A DNA stretch of 64,000 bases from Klebsormidium nitens (Eukaryota > Plantae > Klebsormidiophyceae): contig DF237130.1 in NCBI GenBank assembly GCA_000708835.1, positions 96,994 through 160,993 of the forward strand. Direction: 5' to 3'. The position numbers were made by a program, and so were the translations under genes. Numbering within the stretch: the first letter of the stretch is position 1; every line of letters starts with the position of its first letter. Below the pieces are notes generated by a model. The model saw only the letters and a list, made by a program, of their open reading frames with translations. It made no database searches and was not told where the DNA came from. Shown here in pieces: positions 38,677-51,892 of this stretch.

Positions 38677-41600
38677 TCAGTAATCTCCTCCGTAACCCCC
38701 TCCCCGTGAGCCCCCNNNNNNNNNNNNNNNNNNNNTCCCCCGTCGAGCCCCCCCCCGTACGCTTCCTCTCCCCCGTCCCCCCGCCCCCCACTAGCCTCCC
38801 CCTCCCCTGCGTCCCCCATAGCCCTCCCTGCGCTCGCCGCCATACCCTCCTCGTCCGCCCCTTCCTCCTCCGTACGAGTCGTCTCCCCCCCCGTATCCGC
38901 TGTCCCTGCGCTCGTAGCCCCTCGACTGCCCGCCATATCCCCCTTCTCTGCCGCCGTATCCCCCTCCCCTACCGCCGTAAACCCCTCCTCCGTAGCTGCC
39001 CCCGCCCCGGCCCTCCCTCCGGTTCCCGTATCCGCTGCTGCGGCCCCCCGATCCGCCTCGCCCATAGCCGCGGCTAGACGGGCCGTAGCCTCGCCCATCG
39101 AAGCGCTCCTCCGCCTGCCACGGTCCAAAGAAAAAGATAAGACTAGGCCAGTCTGACCGTCGACTGGGGATGGACGTTGCAAAGAGCCAGCATCATCTCA
39201 AGGGAGGCAAAGATTCGCCGCCGTGTCAAGTGCAGTGCGAAATGTGCAGCTCTTACGGCCGAGCCCAATGTTACATAACGGTTTGAGCCGTGAACAAATA
39301 CACATGCTTTCACTTTCAAATCAACACATAGACCCCAGGACCCAGGAGGCCCTTCTCAAGAGAGTGAGCATCCCTGGCTGAAACAAACATTTGAAAGACC
39401 GCACGGCCCCCACCTGATCGTCGTCTGCTCCCCAGCCCCCCCTCTCCTCGTCGTCGTCATACGCTGGCCTGCGCCCCTGCGCCCTGGGCACAAAGGTGCG
39501 TGCCACGTCGCCCTCCTCGGCGTCGCTGTTCCTCCTCCCGCCTGCCACGTCTGCCTCCTCTTCCCCGCCTAGCGCCGGCTTCCACTCCTCATATGCGCGC
39601 CTGCCAGGAGCCGGGCCGCCGCGCCTCCTGCTGACTTCTTGCCCGTCGTCGTCGTCGAAGCGCGCGCTGTAGCCGCCGAGGTCGTCCTCTTCTTCCGCGG
39701 AACGCCTCCCACGGCCGCCGTACGCGGGGCGCCGCTCGCGGTCCTCATAACCACCCCTGCGGCCCCCGCCAAAGCTGCACGGACCACACCCTGTGTCGGA
39801 CACGAGTCCATGGCGAGTCGGGGGTATGCGCTCAAGCCGACAAGGACCTGGGTCTAACAAAAACTTCGTCGGCGGGGATCCGCAAGCGACGAGGAGTCTT
39901 TATCGTCATGCCAACACAAGTTGAGTGAGCTGCCGCCCTGGTCATTTGAACTGAACCGCCCGAGTTGCCCCTTCAAACGTTCTCGGACGGTCCTCAGTAC
40001 ACTCTTCGCTCGCTCAAGCGACTGACTCAAAGCTTCGAGAACTAAAGAGTCAATTCGAGAAGACTAAGCCGGCTGTTAATTCAACGAGCAGGTGGACAAA
40101 TGGAGGATTCGAAAATTGTCCGCCACACGTCAGGTCTTCCAATGGAGCACCACGGCCCATCTCGAAGCGACAAGCATGGCGCCCGGTGGCTGTCTCCCGC
40201 CCAAGCGCGCTGCCTCACCTATCAGCTTCCTCCGAGAAGGAGCCCGACCTGCGGGGCCGGTACGCCTGGCCCCCCTCGCGCTCCCCCGCCCACCGGTCAG
40301 AAGGTCGGGGAGGACCGCGCTCGGCGTAACCGCCGCGCGCATCCCCATAAGCCGGTCGCTGCTGGCCATAACCGCCCCCCCGGAAGAGGGGGGCTCGGTC
40401 GCCATCAATGCCTGGGCCTGGCGCACCACAGCGCTTGCACACCACGTTGCGGGCGAAGTTGGGGAACGCACAGCTGCAGGGGACGGGGGAAGCGACGTGA
40501 GGACCAGGCTGGAACGACGGGCTAGGCAGGGCGCTGGGGAAATAAGCACTTCGTGAACCAAAATGATACCCAAGAGAACAGTGTTGTGCTTGCTGCCTCT
40601 CGCAGGGACTTGACACATCGTTCTCTCGAACAAGCTGAGGTTTGCAAAAGTTCTAGGAGTCCTAGAAGATGGACTTGCGGCCCTCACTCCTTGCACTTCC
40701 AGTCCCCTGGCAGCATCTCCGAGTTGGGCGGGGCACCACGCTCGCGGTCGCGGCCCCCGTAGCCGCGGTCCGCATAGCCCCCCGGAGTCCAGGTCGGGGC
40801 CTCGCGCAGCTTGGGGGCCTTCGGCTCCTGCAGGCACGACAGAGAGACGTTAAGGAAACGCCCAAAAGCGCCCTGTTCGAACATGTCCTCCAAACGAGCA
40901 ACCCAAAATATATGTAGTCCCAGGTGATGGTTGCAAGCTGATAGGCACCTTACAGAAGCTGGCGAAAACTCGAGGTAGACCCAAAGACGCCCAAGATGGC
41001 GGCAGAGCTTCGGGTTTGTAGGAAAACGCTGGCGTGTAACAGCGGTCAACTCGCCTCACCCTGACACGGTAAGGCTCAACGACTTGATCGAAGACCCATG
41101 TATCAAACAAAGGATCCAAAACCGCCAACTGAAGTCAACAGTTTCTGGACGAGTGCGTTCTCTCAGAAACAACGACGCTTGCCACTGTGATACAGAGCTA
41201 AGTTAGCCTGGCGCCTCACCCCGCCCAGCCTCTGCTTGGGACGCGCCAGGTGCTTGGGCCGCTCTGTCTGCGCGCCCTGCACCAGGCTGCGGATGACAGT
41301 GCGTGCGGCAGCCTCCTGCTCGGGCGTGATCTCGGAGGCGGCAGGCCAGCGCACGGCCTTGCCCGCGTACGCCTGGACCACGCGCAGCACGTCCTGGAAC
41401 ATCACCTCCTCGCTGCTCTTGGCAAACGCGCGCTGGCAGTCGCGCTTCTTGGCGCACTGAACACACACCTGGCAGGACACACGAGGGGGCGCCGCTCAGA
41501 AGGAGAGGTGAACAGAAACATGAATGCAGAGCAACAATAGGGTGCCACTCCGACAAGCTCGCACATCAAAATGAGAAGAGGGGCGAAACCATGGCCGAGC

Positions 41601-43433
41601 TGACAATCTGTCCCCCATCATACACTCGTTCATCAGCACGCAGTGGCTTACCGCAGCCTCTGTAATCTGAAGGAGAGCGCGCACGCGCTTGGAGGCATTG
41701 ACGGCCTTCCGCTCAAGGGTGCAGCAGTCATCCTTGACCAGCACACGCAGCGCGTCGCGATCAGGCAACCTGCAGCAACGGGAGATGACCACCTCAACAC
41801 GGGGGCGACTTAGAAGAAGCAGGTGATGACAGATAGTTCCTAAAGAAGAGGTGTGATAAGCAGAGAGGTTGAGCTGCTCAGAGGCTGAGCTGCTCCACCG
41901 GTGAAACGGACTTTTTGACATTCTGTTCGCCCACATAAGGTACATCCTCAAGAGGATTCGAATACGATGTGAATACCCTTGACGGTCTGCCCTCAATTGC
42001 AGAGGGCAAGGGGATGCTTTGTTCACTACCCCATTACAGAGCTCCCATCAATGCAACCTCTGTGCCATAGTCTCACCACTATGGGCATGGAAGCGGAACA
42101 GTCCTCCCTTCCTTTGCCACCTGTCCATAGCAATCCTTCCCCCGCTGAAGTGCCCACCTGATGATGTCGTCCCTGTCGCGCGCAAACTGCATGAGCGCGT
42201 GCTTGACCACCCCGCTGTCCCCATAGAACTCGGCGTCGCGGTCGCGCGCCTGGTCCACGGGGCGGTCCGCAAAGCTGTCAAACGAAAAGTAGTCGTGCGG
42301 GCCCTCCACCAGCGTGTCCAGGAACTCCGCCCACTCAGGCCACGGGTGCGGCAAGAAGCGGCCCGCGCCGCGCGCCCAGCTGGCGCGGTCCAGGTGCTCC
42401 TCCTCCGCGGCACTGTCATCGGCGGAGCCCTCCGAGAGGGTGACACCAGAGGCACCACCGCGGCCTGCGCCAAAAAGAGTTGCCGACACATTAGGTGGGG
42501 AATTATTTGTGGATTCAGGAACTACTTGAAATCTATGGTGTAACTGCATCACAACTGCCGGCTTGATGCCACCAGAGCAGAGGCAGGGGTGGCAAGAGGC
42601 CTCTACAGGGCCTTTTTGCGCACTCCTTGCCACCACCATTACCATCAGCTGCTCTGAAGAATGCTGGAGACGGCCCTGCACATTGGCCGCAAGCCACTGC
42701 ATTTGAGAACTGGCCCAAACCTTATCCGTCTACCACCATCCTGCCATCGCTATTTGTGAAACCACCAGTGATGCTGCAATGCAACGTGCGAAAGTGGGCA
42801 TTTGAGCTGCACCATCACACCCTCACCTTCTTGCGTGAGCGACACGCGGTCATACGAAGTGGCAGCTTCCTGTCCTCCAGCTGCGTCCTCCTCGTACCCT
42901 TCCTTGAACCAGCCGCTCAGCTCCGTGTTGCCTAGTATATCTTCGCTGCTAGCTCTCGTACTGCTGGCCCCATTGATCGCCTCTTGCTCCAAGGCCAGCG
43001 CCGCAACCCCATCTTCCCCCACCCCAGCATCAGCAGAGTGTCCTCCCCTCTCCTCCTCCTCATAACCAGCCTCGGCGCCAACCAGGTCGACTGCGAGTAG
43101 GCCATCCTCCTTGCCCGTGCCGCTGCCCTCTTCCGTACTCAGCGGGGCAGCACCAGTGCCGTCTGCAACAACCTCTGCCACTGCGTTATTCGACGCTCTC
43201 CGTTTCTGAGCTGCTTTCGAAGGTGCCGAGGGCCTTTGCAGCGCCCTCCCTGTGAAGATGGACACCAGGCAGGGGTGCTGAGGCAGGCGCAGGCCTGCCA
43301 AAGGAGAGCAGATGCGCGCAGGTCGCCATGCCCGGCTGACAGGACCAGCTCCGTCATTGCAAGGAGCATGGGGGCTGCAAATGGAGGACGACGAGAAGGC
43401 CGTCACGCAGCGGAGAGATGTGGTGGCCGCCAT
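38677..43433 (-). CDS. VAR3/OZ (organelle zinc finger)-family RanBP2-type zinc-finger protein, transit-peptide-like N-terminus, RGG/YGG-rich C-terminus
   Basis: Contains HPWPEWAEFLD, ALMQFARDRDDIIR, ERKAVNASKRVRA..VCVQCAKKRDCQRAF (resembles the conserved N-terminal region of plant VAR3/OZ1/OZ2, from recall) and one RanBP2 finger GDWKCKE|C.FPNFARNVVCKRCG split by an intron. As assembled the frame stops at TAG 38791-38793; a Gly/Tyr-rich reading resumes to TGA at 38677. Confidence 0.8.
38716..38735. other. Assembly gap of 20 N
   Basis: Run of 20 N within a C-rich tract. Confidence 1.
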
Positions 43434-43742
43434 GGCGGGCCGCTGAGAAAGTGATTCTCTCAAAATGCTGACCACTTCGGGTTGGTAAAGGCTGCACAAA
43501 TTGATTGGTAATGGTTGGAAGACCCCCTAGCTGGGCAACTTTGGTCGAAGCTGCATGCGGAAGAAAAGCTCAGCAGCCACTGCCACTGCAACTGCCACTG
43601 CCACCTGTGAAGTCATGGAGCAAAAGACGTTTCTGAGCGACTTTCTGGACGGTGAGGGTGAGAATTTAAGCGTCATCAGGTCTACTGATTAGGTACAACC
43701 TCCAGACTCGCTTTGCCATAACAGACGTCATCCGTGCTGGTT

Positions 43743-46700
43743 ATGGGGGACGAGGACGCCCCACCAGCCACGGCGGGGCCAAGCGATAAGCAGAAGAGGC
43801 CCAGCTACTTCAACCCGAAGCCCCCCGCTATTGTGCCCGCACTCATTGCGTGCCACCCGCATGCGCCGATTGTAGTGGTGGCCATTGGGGCAGCATTGCG
43901 GGTGCTCAATTATGAGTAAGCGCGCACAAGGGGACTTGGTCTTGTCACAGACTTTGCTTGTTGGTTGCTTCTTTCTCGTCAATTGGGAATGTGGCTCCAA
44001 TGTGGCCGCGGGAGCGCACGTCTTCACCACCCTAGCCGCAGCTTTCGCTGTTCCACTGATGAAATGAAGAATGCTGGGTCTCAGAATTGTTGTTCCCTCT
44101 CCACTGCGATGGCCAAGGATAGGTGCATACCAACATAAGCTGAAACGGCGCCATCCTTTGGTGCATAATGTTTGATTCCCTTTGTTCAGGACCGGTGAAG
44201 CGCTTTTGCTATCAGACGCCACCATTCCTCGCCGCCACCGGGAGGCCATCCGAGCCATTGCTTTTCACCCATCGGGCGCCTTGTTTGCTTCCGGCGGGGA
44301 CGACAAGCTTGTCAAGGTCTGGGACACTGCCACCTGGACCTGCCGCAAGACCGTGTAAGGGCCAGCCCGCTATTTTGTCTGCCCCTTCTGAAGCTTTGCC
44401 TGGACAGTGACGGCCCCCAGCAGGCCCTTCTTCGGTTTGAACCTCGTGAAGGTGGCTTTCATTTTGCTGGTTGTTCATTCATGACCAAGTTCAACACAGG
44501 GGGTCATTCGGCAATCCCCGTGGCAATCCTAATGCTCCACGTTACTTTGCAGGTCAGGGCCCAAGAAAATAAGCAGCGTAGTGTTCAGTGCGGATGCCCG
44601 CTGGCTGTGCTTCTCCGACAAGTACGGCATCGTCCATGTGACCTCCACAGGCGGCCCCGGAGATGCTGTGGACAGCGCGGAGGCGGGCATCAAGCAGCTG
44701 CTGGCGCACTGCAGCAGCATCATCACCAGCCTGGTGCGCCACCCAGCTTTGGCACCGCAGGATGGAGGGGGGGAGGGCCTGTTGGGGATGGCTGAGATGG
44801 CACTTATCCGTTGCATTCGAAATTGACTGAGAGTGCAAAATGGAGTGCACTGGGGGAAGCTTTGGGAGGGCTGCTTTCTTCACCGTGGTCCGTAACAACT
44901 CGAATGGAACTTGTTGTCATTGGCGTCATGAGGAAGCATCACTTGTAAGAATGTGCGGAAGCCGAGACGTTCTGATGACGTCGTCAACATTTGTGCAGGC
45001 TATGTCCCCTGATGGGCGCTTCATTGCAAGTGCCGACCGGGACTACAAGCTGAGGGTAAGGGCTTCTGACATGCAGCAATTGTGACTGGTTGAAGCTACA
45101 ACTCAGGCAGGTCAGTGCAATCGGTCATTTGGTATCCAAAAGTGCCATTCTTTGCTGAGAGGAGACGCGAAACCTGTGCTTCTCCCTTCTCTTCATAAAA
45201 GCACCTGTCAAGGATCGGTTTCAAGCCCCTTGTTTGTTTGCAGCCCCGGTTGTTCGTTGATTCATCCCCCCTCCTGGTGTGCATTGCAGGTGAGCGTGTT
45301 CCCCGCCACCCCCCTGGCCGGTGCCCCGGAGATCCAGTCCTTCTGCCTGGGCCACACCTCGTACCTGACCGCCGCCCTCTTCCTGCCGGGCGGCCTCCTC
45401 GTATCTGCTGGCGGGGACGGCACCCTGCGCCTCTGGCAGCCACAAATGGGAGAGCTGCTCCAGACGCTACGCCTGGCGGGAGAACAAGAGGTGGGCACCT
45501 GACAAGCACACATGGCGCGCCCCTGTTGTTGCGGTGCTCGTGTTGCTGCGGGGGCTGTGGAGCTCAAGGGGAGGGGCAGCAAGTGAGAGCAAAAGCTCTC
45601 CGCTACATACATATGCTGCATCACCGATCCGAAACTGGATTCGAGGCGGTGCGCAGTCTGTGCGTACAGGCTAAGAAATCTGTTCAAAGCCTTGAAAAGA
45701 AGACCATTGCTTTCGGTTGTTCCTATGTTGCAAAGGCTTTGGGTATTTCTGAGACTCTGACTGTCCCGTCTTTTTCGCCGTGTTTGCCAGATCGCCCCCG
45801 TGGAGTCGGTGATGAGCCTGGACGAGGGCGACTCCGCCTCAGAGAGCAGCGGGCGCGCCATTGTGGCCCTGGCCCTCGCCCCAGATGGCGTCAGCCTGGC
45901 AGCGGCGCTCGAGGGGTGCGTACCATTGTGTAAAGAACCACACACCGTTCCTCTGCGCTTGCGCCCCCGCTAGTCAGGTTGTTGATTCTTGTTGCCCAGC
46001 CGTGCATGGCAACTTGTATTGATGGCAAACAAGGACGGCCAGGCGTGCAGGCTTTGACACCTGCAAGAATTGGAGCGGAACAGCCTGCGATTGGTCTGCC
46101 CCGAAAGGGACTTATCGGGATCGAATTCGGATGATTTCAGATGGAGGGCGTCTATTGTGCTGACAGAGCCGGACGGCTATACCTTCCTTCGTATAGTTCC
46201 TCTTCAATATCCGGTCGAACTTGTGCTGCCAACCCGTTCCCTGACTGGCGTGCACCCGCCTCTGCAGCTGTTCGGAGGTGGTGTTTGTGCACATGGTAGG
46301 GGAGCCCCCCGCCCTGGTGGTCGCTCAGCGGCTGAGCCTCGGGGGCCGCGCCCCGCCGACCAGCCTGGCCTTTGATGCGGGGGGCCGCGTGTGGAGAGTG
46401 GCCGGCGCTGTGCAGGAGATCGAGACGGGGGACGCCGTAGTTACGGAGGAGGTGAGGCCAAGAGCCGACAAGTGGGGCCACGTAATGGGCTCTCGCGAGC
46501 TTCTTTCCGACCTGTGTATGCTCTGCAGCGTCAGCCTGGGGTGTCCTCGTGGGACCAGGGCTGCAGTTTCCTCGACCACACACTGCAGCCCAGAAGCACC
46601 CGGTTCGTAAATCGTAGAGACTGTGAACTGGTTGCTAAATTGCCCAGACAGAGCCTTCAGAGCCATTAGAGCCGTCAGAGCTTGCTTGTCCAATTGCCGT

Positions 46701-47186
46701 TTGATGTTCAAGGAGGCGTAGCTTTGCCCGCGCTGTTGGCGTGTGAGCGCGGCTGCTGGATTGCCACGCCCGCATGGCATGCGGCTGACGGCCCGCTGCT
46801 CTGCCGCTCTCCTGCAGGCGCTGGCGGCCAAGGAGGCTGCCGCAGCCGCTGCGGCTGCAAGCGCGGCCGTGCAGGTCGAGCTGCTGCAGCGCCGCGAGAC
46901 AGGGGTCAGCGCGAGGGAGCGGAGCGCGGAGCCAGTGGGGCATGGAGCAGGCGAGGAGGCGGCGTCCGCAGCAGCAGTCTATGAAGTGGGGGAGCTGCCT
47001 GGCGGGAGCGCAGCCCAGGGTGTACTAGAAGGGAGCCAAGCGGATGCGCAAGCGGCGGCGGAGGCAGCAAAAGCGGCGACAGAAGCCATGCGGAATTTGT
47101 TGGGCAAAAGGATGTACACCGAGGCTGAGAAGATTGATAGGAAAAGGAACAGGAATGATCAAAAACCTCCACGAGGCAAGTCTTGA
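43743..47186 (+). CDS. TRM82: tRNA (guanine-N7)-methyltransferase non-catalytic WD40 subunit TRM82/WDR4
   Basis: Spliced exons give PALIACHP, IRAIAFHPSGALFASGGDDKLVKVW, FSDKYG, LAHCSSIITSL, SPDGRFIASADRDYKLRVSVFP, EIQSFCLGHT. Stop at 47186. Confidence 0.9.
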
Positions 47187-48664
47187 CAGGCTGCCGGATG
47201 TTGTTATCGATGGCAATGGTAGGTCGAGCTGTTGCCAGGGTCTTTTTGCAAAAGCTGCCACGACTTTTCGCAACACAAGTTGCTACAACACAACCATGAG
47301 AAGCCTATATGACCGCATGCACTGGTTAAGGCGTGCAAAAACAGACCGGACCATCAAGGTTGTACGTACTGATTATACTTGCAGTCAGGTCGTATATTGA
47401 CCTCGATCCTGCTCATTATTTGTATATACCTAGCAGCCGTGTAGCAACATACGGTGCATGATGCCTCCAGAAGAGTCACTCACTGTGCGCGGCAACATGT
47501 GAAATGGGAACGTTCCATATATGGCATCATATATTGAGAAATTATAGTAGTCCGTTCATGGCCGTGATTGAATCTCAGATTCTGCGGGCTCTCGAGGCTG
47601 CGCGGCGCCGCGGGACATCTTTGGCTCCGGAGCTGTTGCTTTAAGCACGCGCGGGCCCGGCCCGGCCCGGCCGGCCACGCCCATTGTGGGCCGGCGGCAA
47701 TGATAGCCGAGCATTTTGCGTGAAAGTCTTGCAAGACTTTCACACAAGTATGCATGCATATACTTGTGCCCAAAATGAGTCATGACTTGCAACCAAAGCT
47801 AGCTAGGAAGCTGCATTGAAGCCTTCTCGAGTGTGTCGCCTTCTCAATGTCATCAACGGCCGGCGCGTCTCCTCAGTATTATTCATGAATGACAATCAAC
47901 CGTTCCAAGTTCTCAGTTCTCGCGTCAATGGACCATCTTATTAAGTACCCCATGCATGCTGCTGCGCCTGAGGTCGCGTCAGGCCACACTCGGTGAATCG
48001 ACGCGTACGGCCTGCATGGCACGGTAAGTTGCACCGAGTGAATTGGATCCATCTAGATAGAAAGCTACTTCGAGAGGACTGATACTCTGAAATGCTCATG
48101 CTGCGTATTGTGCAAACTTACTGTTGCCAAGCCTGAGCACCCAGATTGCGTGCAATGCCATATGCAAATTAGGCTCGGACAGCACCTGGGAGCCTGCCAG
48201 ATCCCAGACATGTAGGGCACATGACATATGGGATTGTAGGGTTATTATTGCACTTATTGACAATATACCATGCTACGATTGAAGGACTTCAACTACTAGT
48301 TTGTTGAAGTCGAAGTGGCTGTCGCTGTATCAAGAGCATGTTAACATCAGCGTGTTTGACAAGGGGGGCTGATTTTGGGCAGTTACCCTGGCTGTTTACA
48401 AAAGCGGGGCCCATGGCATGAGCCAGTCAAGTTGCCAACACGAAACAGGGCACCGATTGTACATGTGACGAAGAGTTTGGACAGGTGGCCATCCCTAAGA
48501 GTTTTAGCCAACACACGTACGTACCGGCCACAACTCCTTGAGTTATGGTCTCCATTGATAGCTGATCACTTGATCCACCTGCCTTTGTACCTGCATATAT
48601 TGTGGACCTCCTTCTTACCTATTCTCCCCCTTCCGCGAACGTTCAGTAGCGCTATGGTTGCCTA

Positions 48665-49186
48665 TTACTTCAATGAAACCTTAGCTCCGCCCTTCTCCAA
48701 CTGGCTCTTAGCATCCTCAGCCTCCTCCTTTGACACACCCTCCTTGATGGCCTTTGGCAAAGCCTCGATCAAACCCTTTGCCTCCTTCAGGCCCAAGCTG
48801 CTGTCAAGCGCCCTCAACACCTTAATGATGGAAATTCTCTTATCACTAGGGACGTCATCAATGATGACGCTGAACTCGGTCTGCTCCTCCACCTCCGCGG
48901 GGGCAGCGGCGCCACCCCCTCCAATGGCGGGGCCTGCTCCGACTGCCATGGCAGCGGAGGCATCAACTCCGAAGGTCTCCTCGATGGCCTTGACAAGCTG
49001 CGATGCCTCCAGCAGGGTCAACGCTTTGAGCTCCTCCACAATGGAGTCCACCTTGGCAGAAGCACGGGGCACCACAGTGCGCGAGTTGGCCCTGGGTGCG
49101 GAGCTGGTGCTGGCAACCAGAGCTTGCCGCCGGGAGATCAGAGAGCTGCTGGAGGGGAGGGCCGCAGCGCAGGGGGCAGCCTGCAT
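48665..49186 (-). CDS. RPL12: Plastid ribosomal protein bL12 (L7/L12) precursor
   Basis: Uninterrupted ORF with [22 protein letters not shown], an Ala/Gly hinge, [30 protein letters not shown] and a Ser/Ala/Arg-rich transit peptide. An additional upstream exon is possible (see findings). Confidence 0.95.
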   Translation of the reverse strand: MQAAPCAAALPSSSSLISRRQALVASTSSAPRANSRTVVPRASAKVDSIVEELKALTLLEASQLVKAIEETFGVDASAAMAVGAGPAIGGGGAAAPAEVEEQTEFSVIIDDVPSDKRISIIKVLRALDSSLGLKEAKGLIEALPKAIKEGVSKEEAEDAKSQLEKGGAKVSLK

Positions 49187-50459
49187 TGCAGATGCACAAC
49201 GTGGTCAGTGTCCATCCAGGGATGCCGCTAATTAGACAGCAAGCACCTCCCATGTGGCACAGGTACGCGCGATACATTGGAGAAGACCAGAAAAGAGAGA
49301 TGGAACTTGAGAGCAACAAAGCACTAGACGTAATGTAGACGTGCTCAAGTGGCTGTCCCCAGCTTTTCAGATTGTCATTGCCCTGGCTTGCATGACTGAC
49401 ACAAGTCATATCCAAAGAAACCGTTACCATCTCTTCAACCCAGACGTATGAATTTCAGCATCAAGGTGCAAGTAGTCACAAAGCAGGAGCAGATATCCAC
49501 CAACCAATGGAGTCAACGAGAATATCAGGCTTGTGCATGACCCAGGAGAGGCTAACCAACGACTAGTCCTCGAGAAGAAGTGCACCTTTACACGGCGTTC
49601 AAGCTGACCAGAAATGCATATACTATATGCTGACCATTGCTTCATTACCAAGCACACCTAACAAGCGCGATAAGGTATGTCCGGATTTGCAACCCAGCAC
49701 CTTGCAATACTTCACGCAACACATGAAATGTGCTGTAGTTCAACTTTGGCATGCCAGGCTAGGCTGGACCTCTTGAAAAGCTTCTCACAAGGGCTTCACT
49801 AACAACGAAGGAACTTTCATCCTGCTATCCGCAGCAGATAAACTTTGACACAAAAGGACAACAATAATGTCTGGCATGAGCTGAGGTCCTCGAGCACAAC
49901 AACAACCCTATTTCCTTGCAAATTGCTGCTCATCAAGAATCCATATGCTGCATTAGAATATACTTTCATCACTGCTTGAGACAGGGTACACGACCGATGT
50001 TTCTCATTCAGCCCTTAAAGGAGGTTCAAGTAGGCAAGCACCTTTAAGTAACACAACACAGGCCTAACATGACCCATTGTACCACATTGTGAGTAGTGGA
50101 CTGATATGTGGTATCCCCACGTATTGCAACCAACAAACCACCATCGATGTTGCTTTCTAATGCTGCCGCTGTGACAGCCCTGAAACAAAGAACCCCACCA
50201 CAGCAAGGACCGTTACCATCATCACAGACACAGTGTTTCAGCCAGAGGATAGAGAACCTTCTTACAAGAGAGCTGGCATCACAAACAGCTTCCGCCTGCT
50301 TACCTGGCGTGTCCTGGTGGAGGATGCATTGCTGCTTGCAACGCAGCTTGATGCAAGCGTTGATGCCCTCACAGCCACAGAAGAAGCCATTGCGCTGCAC
50401 TCAACTTAGGGAACCGAGTAACAGATAGAACAGGGAGGCAGGCTGGCAAATGTGCAGAG

Positions 50460-50830
50460 GTAGAGGACTCTCGCGTACGCCACACAAGCGCGCCGCTCCT
50501 CACGACCTGTAAATAGTTGCTTGCCAGTCGTCGAAAACAGAGGCCCTGGTGAAGTTCTTGATCACAACTTCGTCGCTTGCTCAGCAAGTTGCTGGGCTTG
50601 ACTAAGTACTGAAGTCTGAAGTATGGTACCCGGTACCCGGTATCGAATCTGAGTTGCGGGCGACAGGCATGACGTCGAACCTTGCACCACTTATCTATAA
50701 TACTCCTAGGACCTAGTTGCACTCGACGCCGAAACGCACAACCCTGACTGCGCCAACCTGCCAAAGCGGGCCCCGGCAAATTCCATCCTGCGAGTCTCGG
50801 ACTCGGAGTCTGCAGAGCACCTCTTCCAAG
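50460..50830. promoter_or_regulatory. Putative bidirectional promoter region between rpl12 and LARP1
   Basis: CpG-rich stretch between two divergent genes with CpG-poor flanks. A LARP1 5'-UTR intron is suggested by donor GTGAGG near 51042 and acceptor CCAG near 51871. Inference only. Confidence 0.4.
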
Positions 50831-51892
50831 TTTGTAGACAGCGGTTGTAGTCTGCAGAGGTTGGTCTTGGAAGCTTTGGCAGGGCTGCTGTCGTCGTCTG
50901 GCCCCCTCCTCGAGTCACAAACGGTCACAAGGGCTGGTCACACTTTCCTTGGAAGCCAGTGGACAGCTTTTGGGACCTTGGGAACGCAGGCGGAGCAATG
51001 CTGGGGTTTTGCAAGAGGTTTTGAGGACTAGGACAAGGCAGGTGAGGTGTATCTAGGTCAATAAAGCTTGACGTCTTCGTCATTTGTGAGTATGTGTCTG
51101 TTTATCCGGCATTGCATCTACAGCACATACCCTGTCATCTGGTTGTCAAGCTGGGGACCTGACGATGTGACCAAATCTTGTGCCACCTGGTGTTGAGATT
51201 TGTTGGGGGCAAGTACGTTGAGGGGGCACCTACTCGATGCTTGCTTTTCGGTAGACCAGGGCATTGCAGCAGGTTGACATTGTGAGTTCATGCTGAGTCA
51301 AAGTGCGGCCTCCTTGTTGTTGTATCTTCTTGGAAGAACGGTGCACTTTTCTTACAATGTAGGTAGAATGATCTTTCAAGAGTGTCCAACATCGGTAGCT
51401 TGCCTGCCTATTGCATATTAGTGCTACTTCGTGCATAAGACTGTGCACTCAGGTCAATGTTGCAGACAGCAGGCTGAAAGTGGAGTGCGAAGCCATGATG
51501 GAGTGGCATTGTGGGTGGTAGTTGCCCTGGGGTCGATGTGTCGGTCTTTTGCCTGAACACAGCCATTTCGTATCACCGGAAAGGACGAATGTGCTTTTCG
51601 ATCCGCAGAGGTTGGTTAGGAGAGAACATTGAGCTTCTTTCAGTCTATTGTTGGGTTCACCATTATCGTCATCAAGTTCCAGTGTTTTCAACTGCGGACG
51701 CCCTTTCAATGCCATCTGCAGATCTCCAAGCAAAAGGAACCCACTCCGGAACTTCGTATTTTCTGTCCAAGCTACCTCTTGGAAAGAAGCCTGGTGATTG
51801 GCTCTGTTTGCGGAGAAAATTTCTAAGAAAACATCCCGTGGTCTTACACCCGCCTTCCTGTCTGCCTCCAGTGACCCATCAAGCAAGTGATA

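Noticed and set aside
49430-49570. Minus-strand frame SLVSLSWVMHKPDILVDSIGWWISAPAL
   Set aside because: Short, no recognisable family and no convincing link to other exons.
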